A stretch of 43,159 bases of DNA from positions 1-43,159 of the IMG/VR virus record IMGVR_UViG_3300030397_000898; one strand, given 5' to 3'. Each line of letters opens with the position of its first letter. Within the stretch, counting starts at the first letter, position 1. The notes beneath the pieces are model-generated. The model did not search any database and was not told where the DNA came from. It saw only the letters and a program-made list of their open reading frames with translations. Made by a program: the position numbers and the translations under genes. This DNA comes from a virus (taxonomy: Duplodnaviria > Caudoviricetes). Positions 1 through 7,659 of this stretch are shown here, one piece after another.

Positions 1-41
1 AACTTATTTCACCTTATTTCACCCTAAGGGTGAAAGAAGTT
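1..41. repeat. Tandem repeat plus palindrome (ori-like hairpin)
   Basis: CTTATTTCAC repeated at 3-12 and 13-22; perfect inverted repeat TTTCACCCT-a-AGGGTGAAA at 17-35, extendable with one mismatch. Confidence 0.75.
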
Positions 42-97
42 GGTTAAAGTCAATATTATTATCTATTTGAAACACTAGTACTCTGTTTTATAAGAAT

Positions 98-117
98 TGT
101 TGATAACTTGTGGATAA
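98..117 (-). promoter_or_regulatory. Two tandem DnaA-box-like sites
   Basis: TGTGGATAA at 109-117 is the reverse complement of consensus TTATCCACA; TGTTGATAA at 98-106 has one mismatch; AT-rich flanks. Confidence 0.55.
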
Positions 118-189
118 CTTTTTTTAAACTTTTTTGAAAAAGTACCCCAAATCTTTGTCTGAAACCTCCTACATCGACGAGTAAGGAGA

Positions 190-198
190 TGGCATAAT
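190..198 (+). promoter_or_regulatory. Extended -10 promoter for the ncRNA
   Basis: TG-g-CATAAT at 190-198 predicts a start near 204-205, the 5' end of the acceptor-like stem. Confidence 0.45.
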
Positions 199-203
199 AG
201 ATT

Positions 204-432
204 TGTGCTGCTTGTGCAGAGATGATGCAAACGAATGGCGGAATTGGCATACGCTGGATCAATAGCAAGCCGGGGAAAATTGGGGTAAAGCTGCCTGTGT
301 AGGCTCCCAAGCTGGAAGATCCTTGTCCCTGAATTGACAGGGGCCGCTTATAAGGGTGGCGATGGCATTGTGGGTTCGAGTCCCATTTCAGGTGAACAGT
401 CCCAAGTTGGTGAAAACCCAACCAGCACACCA
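204..432 (+). ncRNA. Nested tRNA-like structured RNA
   Basis: Outer unit: TGTGCTG (204-210) pairs with CAGCACA (423-429) followed by CCA, with T-arm-like GTTGG-TGAAAAC-CCAAC (406-422). Inner unit: Leu-type D arm TGGCGGAATTGGCATACGC (236-254), GGATC/GATCC stem (256-260/318-322), T arm GTGGG-TTCGAGT-CCCAT (370-386). Confidence 0.6.
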
Positions 433-440
433 AATTTAAT

Positions 441-468
441 AAAAAAGGGCCAGCCCCATTGCTGGCCC
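441..468 (-). terminator. Intrinsic terminator hairpin, U-tract on the - strand
   Basis: GGGCCAGC-cccatt-GCTGGCCC (447-468) preceded by A6. Confidence 0.65.
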
Positions 469-511
469 ACTGCTTAAGAATTTCATTGTGATCGTTTAAG
501 CATTATAATGT

Positions 512-679
512 GTCCGGACTTTCAGCAAAGCCGGTTGAGCTGAAATGTAACCCTCCGGTGGATAATCCATGGTCATCGGAATCAGGGAATGGTTGGTTAG
601 TCTTCGGGTGGTGCCTTCAAGTAGTCGCGTGACACGGATGCGCCAGCTTAGGCTGGTTTCTTGATCGGCGACCTTTTTT
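512..679 (+). ncRNA. Second candidate structured RNA or leader
   Basis: TATAAT at 504-509; stems TTTCAGC/GCTGAAA, TCCGGTG/CATCGGA, TAACC/GGTTA, CCAGC/GCTGG, GTCGC/GCGAC; ends in T6. Confidence 0.4.
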
Positions 680-695
680 GATTAACAATGATCTT

Positions 696-932
696 ATGAA
701 GCAATTGCTCATCGCGCTGATGATGGTCTTGTTATGTGGAGCCCAAGGATGTTGGCTCCTTGAAATACCCCCTGAAACCGGGGAATTTATCAAAGACAAT
801 AAACCGCTATTCGATGTGGCAGCTGATTTGGCTGGAACCGTCTGGCCTCCCCTTAAATGGATTATTCTTGGTGCCACGACCTGTGTCGCCGCAATTAGTA
901 CGAAACGACAGATAGAAAAGGATCGAAAATGA
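696..932 (+). CDS. Small lipoprotein-signal protein with C-terminal TM helix (lysis accessory or spanin-like?)
   Basis: ATG 696 gives MKQLLIALMMVLLCGAQGC (lipobox-like) and C-terminal hydrophobic WIILGATTCVAAI followed by a basic tail. Confidence 0.55.
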   Translation: MKQLLIALMMVLLCGAQGCWLLEIPPETGEFIKDNKPLFDVAADLAGTVWPPLKWIILGATTCVAAISTKRQIEKDRK

Positions 933-1141
933 ATAGTTTTATCAAAGCAGTTGGCGGAAAAAAGAATCTTTGGCTGCTCATCGCCGTTCTATGCACGATT
1001 TTTAAAGACAAAATCGGGATCGACGCTGAGACCTTGAAGTGGCTTTGGGGCGGCACTGGCGTTGGCATGCTTGGGCAAGGATATGCTGACGGACAAAGTG
1101 GCGGTGCAACAAGCCATGGCGCTGCTGCCGACGACAAGTAA
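929..1141 (+). CDS. Putative holin-like membrane protein
   Basis: 70 aa, two hydrophobic segments, GQGYAD motif; ATGA overlap with the upstream gene. Confidence 0.55.
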   Translation: MNSFIKAVGGKKNLWLLIAVLCTIFKDKIGIDAETLKWLWGGTGVGMLGQGYADGQSGGATSHGAAADDK

Positions 1142-1188
1142 TAATATTTTTTCGCTTTCCCCTAAGCCGGGAATGCTTTTCTTCTCTC

Positions 1189-1225
1189 CCCTCTGCGTCA
1201 TGCCCGTGGCGTAGGGGGATTTTTT
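1189..1225 (+). terminator. Intrinsic terminator
   Basis: About 12 bp GC-rich stem (CCCTCTGCGTCA / TGGCGTAGGGGG) followed by T6. Confidence 0.65.
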
Positions 1226-1235
1226 AGAGGTTTCT

Positions 1236-1409
1236 ATGGATGCTATTCAACTTTGGAACGGTGCTACTTACGAATCAAAGACATTTCATGGAGCTTCAAT
1301 GGTGTTTGACTGTGAGTTTGAGTTGAATGACAGCCCAAAAACAAAGGATTCACGGGTAAATTGTGCGAACTTCTTAAGAAAATGGGCTGACGAATTGGAG
1401 GCGTCGTGA
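1236..1409 (+). CDS. Hypothetical protein, 57 aa (not in ORF track)
   Basis: GAGG SD then MDAIQLWNGATYESK...LRKWADELEAS; GTGA overlap with the next gene. Confidence 0.6.
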   Translation: MDAIQLWNGATYESKTFHGASMVFDCEFELNDSPKTKDSRVNCANFLRKWADELEAS

Positions 1410-1639
1410 GTGATGGATGTTTAAGAGCTGATCTTGAGGGGGCAACGAGGCCAGTTGCGGCAGTTGATCCTAATTTTGATTTCCATGTTCTTCAATGCTC
1501 TAAGAGAGGGAGAGCTTTGATTGAAACTGATGATATTGAGCTTAAAAAACTGATGATTATGAGCGCCACAATAGGAGCAATGATCGCTTTGATGTTTGTT
1601 GCGTCTATCTTTTTAATTCATTTGGTGATGAAAACATGA
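1406..1639 (+). CDS. Hypothetical membrane-anchored protein
   Basis: 77 aa, C-terminal hydrophobic helix, overlapping start/stop on both sides. Confidence 0.55.
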   Translation: MSDGCLRADLEGATRPVAAVDPNFDFHVLQCSKRGRALIETDDIELKKLMIMSATIGAMIALMFVASIFLIHLVMKT

Positions 1640-1767
1640 ATGATGGGGAAACGAGCTGGTACACAGGAGAAGAATGCTCAACTTGTCTTTGTGGCATAGC
1701 AACCAATGGCAAAGAATATTGGTGTGGTTGCGGAAATTGGGAGAAAGATGAGAATTCCACTGATTGA
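1636..1767 (+). CDS. Small Cys-rich protein, 43 aa (not in ORF track)
   Basis: MNDGETSWYTGEECSTCLCG...WCGCGNW; ATGA overlap with the upstream stop. Confidence 0.5.
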   Translation: MNDGETSWYTGEECSTCLCGIATNGKEYWCGCGNWEKDENSTD

Positions 1768-1930
1768 CATAAACATTTGGTATCACATCCCTCGAGATCT
1801 CTGGCCTATCGTCACGGCGAAGGGCTATGAAATCTCTCCAATAGGGATTAAAAACAGCGCATTGCGCGGTTATCACAGGTATCTACATCGCAAGAAACTT
1901 GAGGAGGAAGCTGCTAAAGAAGCCGATTAA
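1748..1930 (+). CDS. Hypothetical protein
   Basis: Track ORF 1706-1930; ATG 1748 (MRIPLID...) with upstream GGGAG is the more likely start. Confidence 0.5.
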   Translation: MRIPLIDINIWYHIPRDLWPIVTAKGYEISPIGIKNSALRGYHRYLHRKKLEEEAAKEAD

Positions 1931-1956
1931 CGGTATTCAATTAACGGTGGTATGCT
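1926..1956 (+). promoter_or_regulatory. Late promoter with direct repeats
   Basis: ATTAACGGT at 1926-1934 and 1940-1948, then extended -10 TG-g-TATGCT (1948-1956); predicted +1 coincides with ATG 1963. Confidence 0.55.
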
Positions 1957-1962
1957 GACTAC

Positions 1963-2436
1963 ATGAAAAGTGAAGTGACGGCAAAGCGCGCCAGACGAGC
2001 GCTTGAATTAAGATCTCAAGGGTATTCATACAGACAAATTGGCGCAGAGATAGGTGTTTCACATGTCGCTGCATTCAATTATGTCAAAGATGAAATTCAA
2101 CACATAGCAAAAGAACGCAAGGAAATAGGCGAGGGGATAATTGATCAGGAGTTGTTACTCCTTGATAAATTGTTAATAGAGCTTTTAAAAGACATAAAGA
2201 TTCCTTCAAAAAGATTGAAAGCTGGATGTGATCCAGATGATGAAGAGTACGAAGTAATTCTCAGGACAGATCAGTCGGTCGTCCAAAACATCCTCAAGAT
2301 TATGGAGAGACGCGCGAAATATTTGGGCTTAAATGCCCCTGAGAGGAGCGAGGTCAACGTGCAGGCCAGCTTGGAAGAGTTGATCATGGCCTCGAAAATT
2401 GAAGAAAAAAAGATGGAGAATGAGGACGGTGAGTGA
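1963..2436 (+). CDS. terS: Terminase small subunit
   Basis: N-terminal HTH (ALELRSQGYSYRQIGAEIGVS), ERRAKYLGLNAP motif, directly upstream of TerL. Confidence 0.8.
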   Translation: MKSEVTAKRARRALELRSQGYSYRQIGAEIGVSHVAAFNYVKDEIQHIAKERKEIGEGIIDQELLLLDKLLIELLKDIKIPSKRLKAGCDPDDEEYEVILRTDQSVVQNILKIMERRAKYLGLNAPERSEVNVQASLEELIMASKIEEKKMENEDGE

Positions 2437-3896
2437 AGGACATTTCTGCCGATATGGCACGAAAGATCGTCGCTTGGCGTCGAGATCCAGTTTTCTTTGT
2501 CAGGGATCAGTTCGGAGTCGAGCCAGATCCTTGGCAGAGAGAGCTACTTGAAGCGTTTCCAGATCCAGAAAAAAGACATATTGCCATGCAGGCTTGTGCC
2601 GGTCCGGGAAAAACAGCCGGTCTCGCATGGTGTGGATGGAACTTCTTAAGCTGTTACGCGGAGCCGGGAGAGCACCCGAAAGGCGCTGCAATATCATGCA
2701 CGAGCGATAACCTTCGTGACAACCTGTGGCCTGAAATGGCTAAATGGCAGGAGAGATCGGACTTCCTTAACGCCAAATTCAAGTGGATGAAGAAGAAGAT
2801 TGAGTGCAAAGACGCACCAAATACATGGTTTTTATCGGCTAGATCGTATTCAAAGAGCGCGACGCCCGATGAGCAAGGTAGGTCATTGTCTGGATTGCAT
2901 TCGAAGTTCATCATCTATTTAATTGACGAAAGTGGCGATATCAACCCCGCTGTTCTCCGATCAGCTGAGCAGGGATTGTCTACCGTTGGAGGATTTAAAA
3001 AGATCTTACAAGCAGGAAACCCCACTTCTCACCAAGGAATGCTGTACTTGGCCGCCACCAAACAGGCGAATAAGTGGATGATAATCAGGATTACCGGTGA
3101 TCCGGACGATCCAAGACGATCACCGAGAATTGATAAAGCTCACTCACAAGAGCAGATTGATGAATGGGGACGTGACAATCCATGGGTTATGGCCTACATT
3201 CTTGGCCTCTTTCCACCATCATCAATCAACTCTCTCTTCAGTCCTGACGAGGTGGAAGATGCGATGGCGCAGCATCTCAGAGAGCATGATTACGCTTATT
3301 CCCAGAAAAGATTGGGCATTGATGTCGCTCGATTCGGTGATGACCGGACTGTTATCGCTCCAAGACAGGGATTGGCTGCATTTCCATGCGTGACAATGAG
3401 GAACGCGCGCACTCCTGAGATCGTAGCTCGTGTGATTAAAGCGAAGTTTGATTGGGGATCAGAAGTTGAATTTGTTGACGGAACTGGCGGATGGGGAGCT
3501 GGTGTGGTCGATGGTCTTCATCAAGGCGGATACAACCCAATCGAGGTTTTATTCAATGAAAAGGCATTTGACCCTCGTTATTACAACAAAAGAGCGGAAA
3601 TGTATTTCAACTTCTCGAAGTGGGTGAAGCGAGGTGGTGCATTGCCAAAGAGCACGACCCTCAAGCGCGAGCTGACCGAGATGACCTACACTTACAAAGA
3701 CAGCAAATTGATCATGGAAAGCAAGGAACAGATCAAAAAACGCCTTGGTTTCTCACCCGACGAGGGTGATGGTTACGCCCTGACATTTGCCCATGAAGAT
3801 GCACCGGCGAAGACTCTTGCGGATCAAATAGCTGGAAAAATGCAGCAACAACAGAAGCCTAGAGATTGGGATCCATACGCAGATGATCGAGTCTAA
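2433..3896 (+). CDS. terL: Terminase large subunit
   Basis: Walker A GPGKT, Walker B LIDE, GNPT coupling motif, nuclease motifs GIDVARFGDD and SPDEGDGYALTF. Confidence 0.95.
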   Translation: MKDISADMARKIVAWRRDPVFFVRDQFGVEPDPWQRELLEAFPDPEKRHIAMQACAGPGKTAGLAWCGWNFLSCYAEPGEHPKGAAISCTSDNLRDNLWPEMAKWQERSDFLNAKFKWMKKKIECKDAPNTWFLSARSYSKSATPDEQGRSLSGLHSKFIIYLIDESGDINPAVLRSAEQGLSTVGGFKKILQAGNPTSHQGMLYLAATKQANKWMIIRITGDPDDPRRSPRIDKAHSQEQIDEWGRDNPWVMAYILGLFPPSSINSLFSPDEVEDAMAQHLREHDYAYSQKRLGIDVARFGDDRTVIAPRQGLAAFPCVTMRNARTPEIVARVIKAKFDWGSEVEFVDGTGGWGAGVVDGLHQGGYNPIEVLFNEKAFDPRYYNKRAEMYFNFSKWVKRGGALPKSTTLKRELTEMTYTYKDSKLIMESKEQIKKRLGFSPDEGDGYALTFAHEDAPAKTLADQIAGKMQQQQKPRDWDPYADDRV

Positions 3897-4353
3897 GACC
3901 ACATTACAGGTGCGACAGGCTGACATGAATGATATTGTCTGGCTTTACGGGGCAATTGAGAGGATGGATGCCGAGCACAATTACGGATTCATGGGCGATC
4001 ATGTTTATGTGATTGACAAGCTCAAGGAATTTCTTGAATTCCATGTTGTGTTTATCGCTGAAAAAACGACGATGGACTCAGTTGAGAAGCAGGGATTCAT
4101 CATGGGTTGGGTGGGTGCTCACCTGTTCAATCAGAAGATGACGATACTCAATGAGATCCTTTGGTGGGTTGAGCCAGAGCGCAGGCACTCGTGGGCTGGT
4201 GCCACGCTTTTGAAAAAATTTGTAAATTGGGGTAAAAAGAATGTGGATTTAATAACCTTTGGAATACAGAAGGGCACACCTATCAGAGAAGAGTCGTTAA
4301 AACGAATGGGTTTCGAGCTTCAAGAGCGGTGTTTCATCATGGAGGTGAAGTAA
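3883..4353 (+). CDS. GNAT-fold acetyltransferase-like protein
   Basis: VRQADMND start, WWVEPERRHSWAGATLLKKF acetyl-CoA-binding-like motif, RMGF near the C-terminus. Confidence 0.75.
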   Translation: MIESKTTLQVRQADMNDIVWLYGAIERMDAEHNYGFMGDHVYVIDKLKEFLEFHVVFIAEKTTMDSVEKQGFIMGWVGAHLFNQKMTILNEILWWVEPERRHSWAGATLLKKFVNWGKKNVDLITFGIQKGTPIREESLKRMGFELQERCFIMEVK

Positions 4354-4677
4354 ATGGGTGGAATCGCACAGGCTGTTTCGGCCTTTGTTGCTGTAGATAC
4401 GTCAAAACGTCAGCGTGATGAGGCCAAGGCTGCTCGAAGAGCAGGGCGTCAGGAAGCCGCGACAAGACAGGAAGAGCAAAGAAAGCTGGAAGAGGAAGTT
4501 GAACAAAACAAAGAAAAAACCGCTGCACGAAAAGCGCGTGACGAGAAGAGGGCAAGAGACAAGGCGAGGGCTGCTGGAAGTCGTGGAAGACGATCCACGA
4601 TTTTGACAAGTCCACAAGGTCTTGAAGAGCCGGCTGTCGCGAATGCTGGCGGAAGAAAGACATTGTTGGGCACTTAA
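4354..4677 (+). CDS. Small virion-associated protein upstream of portal
   Basis: GRRSTILTSPQG...KTLLG C-terminus typical of the pre-portal gene of these podoviruses. Confidence 0.65.
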   Translation: MGGIAQAVSAFVAVDTSKRQRDEAKAARRAGRQEAATRQEEQRKLEEEVEQNKEKTAARKARDEKRARDKARAAGSRGRRSTILTSPQGLEEPAVANAGGRKTLLGT

Positions 4678-6480
4678 ATGGTTGCACAGGCAGATACAAA
4701 ACAAAGAAAGAAGGTTTCAAAGCGCTCTAAGCTAGATGCTTTCCGCGCTCAGTTGATGATTGAGCGGACTTCGTTCGAATCTCACTGGCGAGACCTCGGG
4801 GATTACGTTCTTCCCCGCCGCATTCGCTTTCATACATCTGAAGGCAATGAAGGCAGAAAACAGAACCGTCGAATCATTGACTCTCATGCGACATTTGCAA
4901 TAGGAACTCTTAGATCTGGAATGATGAGCGGCAACACATCGCCTGCCCGTCCTTGGTTTATGGTCACTCATCCAGACCAACAGGTTGCAGAGTTCGGTCC
5001 GGTCAAGCAATGGCTGCAAACTGTTACCGAGCGCATGCGTGATGTGATGTTGAAGTCAAACTTCTACAAGATCCTCCCAACCGTTTATGGTGATCTCGGC
5101 TTGTTTGGGACAGCCGCCGTGTTCGTGCAGAAAGATCCTGAAACATCACTTCGATTCTTCCCAATGCCGGTTGGTTCTTATTACCTTTCGAATAATGCAA
5201 ACCTTCAAGTCGATGGATTCATGCGTGAGTTTCGAATGACTGTCAGGCAGATAGTTGAAGAGTTTGGTTTTGATCGGACAAGACCGGAAATTGTTGAGCC
5301 GGACTTGAGTAAGTTTTCAACGACCGTTCAAAATGAATGGGCTGCGAATAGGGATGAGACTTGGATTGATGTTGTTCATGTTGTCAAACCCAATCCAGAC
5401 TTCAATCCAAACAGAGTCGAATCGAAATTCAAAAGATATATGAGTGTGTACTATGAATTGGGGCAAACAGGTGGGGCCAATTCGCCTAGCGGCAGTCCTG
5501 ATCTTGATCGTAACAAGTTTCTTCGTGAGTCTGGTTTTGACCGCTTCCCGGTACTTGCTCCGAGGTGGGAAACAACTGGTGAAGACGTGTACGGAACTAA
5601 TTGTCCGGGGATGACAGCCCTTGGCGATGTTCGATCATTGCAACTTCTTCATAAAAGAAAAGCTCAGGCAATCGAGAAAAAGGTTTTTCCTGCAATGGTT
5701 GCCGCCACTCAATTAAGAAATGCAGCTCCATCAACATTACCCGGTGACACGACGTTTGTTGATGAGAAGCAAGGACAAGCTTACAGGGCAGCGCACGAAG
5801 TGAACTTCCAAATCACTGAGTTGACTGAAGATATCAGGGACCATCAGAACCGTATAAGTCGGGCCTTCTTCACTGATTTGTTTCTGTCAGTCGTAAATTC
5901 AGACAGACGTCAGGTTACAGCGCGTGAGATTGACGAATTGCATGAGGAGAAGTTCCTTGCGCTTGGCCCTGTACTCGAAAACTTCAATCAAGAGTTTCTT
6001 GATGCGGCCATTGACATGTTCTTTGATGCGATGCTGGAAGATGGTTTGATTCCAGATCCTCCCGAAGAAATTCAGGGAGATGATCTTCGCGTTGAGTACA
6101 TCAGCATTATGGCTTCCGCTCAAAAACTTATTGGTGTCAATTCAATTGAACGCTTCGTTGCCTTCATGGGTCAACTCAAAGCGATCACCGAAGATCCGAA
6201 GGTCATGGATAAACTTGATGCGGATCAGGCCGCCGATGAGTTTGCTGAAGCAGTCAGCGTCAACCCAAGATTGGTTGTTGATGATGAGACTGTTGATCAA
6301 AAAAGAAAAGATGATGCTGCGCGTGAGGCTGCCCTCGCACAGCAACAGGCATTCGTTGAAAGTGCGGCAGCTGCAAAGAATCTATCTCAAGCCTCTCTTG
6401 AAGGTGATAATGCACTTACGAGATTGGCTGAAGAAGCTCAAGCCGCTGACATCGTGGCTGAAGAAGGAGGAGTACTTTAA
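4678..6480 (+). CDS. Portal (head-tail connector), Bbp21/T7 gp8-like
   Basis: 600 aa; motifs TSPARPWF, LGLFGTA, PRWETTGEDVYG, TAREIDELHEEK...LGPVLE. Confidence 0.92.
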   Translation: MVAQADTKQRKKVSKRSKLDAFRAQLMIERTSFESHWRDLGDYVLPRRIRFHTSEGNEGRKQNRRIIDSHATFAIGTLRSGMMSGNTSPARPWFMVTHPDQQVAEFGPVKQWLQTVTERMRDVMLKSNFYKILPTVYGDLGLFGTAAVFVQKDPETSLRFFPMPVGSYYLSNNANLQVDGFMREFRMTVRQIVEEFGFDRTRPEIVEPDLSKFSTTVQNEWAANRDETWIDVVHVVKPNPDFNPNRVESKFKRYMSVYYELGQTGGANSPSGSPDLDRNKFLRESGFDRFPVLAPRWETTGEDVYGTNCPGMTALGDVRSLQLLHKRKAQAIEKKVFPAMVAATQLRNAAPSTLPGDTTFVDEKQGQAYRAAHEVNFQITELTEDIRDHQNRISRAFFTDLFLSVVNSDRRQVTAREIDELHEEKFLALGPVLENFNQEFLDAAIDMFFDAMLEDGLIPDPPEEIQGDDLRVEYISIMASAQKLIGVNSIERFVAFMGQLKAITEDPKVMDKLDADQAADEFAEAVSVNPRLVVDDETVDQKRKDDAAREAALAQQQAFVESAAAAKNLSQASLEGDNALTRLAEEAQAADIVAEEGGVL

Positions 6481-6866
6481 TGGTTAATAGATTGGCTGTT
6501 GTTGCCGAACTCAAAGAGTTTGGTGAAGACGCTCACACAATCACTTGGACAGGGCTCCTCAATGGCGACATTGGTGTTGGCCCGGTCAGCGGTGGACCTA
6601 ATGTAATGATGGGTGGAAGCACAGTTCGTTCAATTCAGGTTGAGGGAACACTCGGTGCTTCTGGAAATGTTCAGGTTCAAGGGTCCAATGATGGCACGAA
6701 TTATCGAGTGCTTGAAGATATCACTGGGACTGCCCTTGATATCGCCGCACTATCGATAAAACAAATTGCAACGAACACGAAGTTTCTTCGTGTTGAAGTT
6801 ACAAATGGTGATGGTTCAACTGACTTGACCGTTACCGTATTCGTTCGGAGGCCAATGGGGTCATGA
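6480..6866 (+). CDS. Hypothetical beta-rich structural protein
   Basis: 128 aa, VQVQGSNDGTNY motif; start overlaps the portal stop. Confidence 0.6.
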   Translation: MVNRLAVVAELKEFGEDAHTITWTGLLNGDIGVGPVSGGPNVMMGGSTVRSIQVEGTLGASGNVQVQGSNDGTNYRVLEDITGTALDIAALSIKQIATNTKFLRVEVTNGDGSTDLTVTVFVRRPMGS

Positions 6867-7345
6867 GCGAGATCAAGAAGGCTGTCGATGCTGTTAAAAA
6901 GCATGCGCGAACCATGCAGGCATACATTGATTTGGCAAATGCGATTGAGGGCATTGGCTCAATCGAGCAAGCCGAACGTGATGCCAATCGACGTAAGGAT
7001 GAAGCGTACAAGATAGCCGACAAAGCAGTCGAAGCAAAAAACAAAGCAATTCTCGAACTGAAAGATCTCGAAGAACGTATCCGTGAACGCAATAAGATCT
7101 GTGATGGATTGATTGATGAAGCTGAGAAAAAAGCTCAATCGATTATTGATCGCGCGGAGACGGACTATGTAGGTAAGATGAAAAAGGTTGAATCTGAGAA
7201 GAAGATTGTTGCGTCTCAAATTGCAGACGCGCAAGAAGAACTCAGGTCTGTTCATCGAGAAATTGCTACCAAGCGTAAAGAGTATGAGGGTCTTGAGAAG
7301 AAATTCTCTGATCTCAAACGTAAGTTGGAAGGAATTCTCAAGTGA
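6863..7345 (+). CDS. Coiled-coil hypothetical protein
   Basis: 160 aa, rich in K/E/A heptads. Confidence 0.6.
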   Translation: MSEIKKAVDAVKKHARTMQAYIDLANAIEGIGSIEQAERDANRRKDEAYKIADKAVEAKNKAILELKDLEERIRERNKICDGLIDEAEKKAQSIIDRAETDYVGKMKKVESEKKIVASQIADAQEELRSVHREIATKRKEYEGLEKKFSDLKRKLEGILK

Positions 7346-7659
7346 ACAAACCGTATAACTCTGCCGACCCTGCCCAAGTGGCGAAGAAAAAGAAAGGGAA
7401 TAAGGCTTTACAGGAGAGGTTTGAAAGGGCCATGCAATCTGTTATGTCAGATCGCGAAGGTCGTTTCTTTATTCATTATTACCTCAACCATTTTGGCCTT
7501 AATTCTCAGCCGATGAGCGGAAATTCATGGACGTATTTCCATTGCGGCAAGCTTGAGGCAGCGAGAGACATGCAACGTGATGCAGCACATGCGAATCACG
7601 ATCATTTTCTATTAATGCTGAAAGAAGCAAAGGAAGACGAAGGAATTTACTATGACTGA
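7342..7659 (+). CDS. Bbp19-like protein
   Basis: VMSDREGRFFI...TYFHCGK motif; position just before the scaffold. Confidence 0.7.
   Translation: MNKPYNSADPAQVAKKKKGNKALQERFERAMQSVMSDREGRFFIHYYLNHFGLNSQPMSGNSWTYFHCGKLEAARDMQRDAAHANHDHFLLMLKEAKEDEGIYYD

Noticed and set aside
229-394. Functional tRNA-Leu gene
   Set aside because: D and T arms are present, but there is no 7 nt anticodon loop and the acceptor stem pairs at only about 3-4 of 7 positions; reported as a tRNA-like ncRNA instead.
204-432. tmRNA
   Set aside because: Short, no G3-U70 alanine determinant and no evident tag reading frame.
59-433. 124 aa minus-strand ORF
   Set aside because: Antisense to the structured RNA, with no SD and no recognisable motif.
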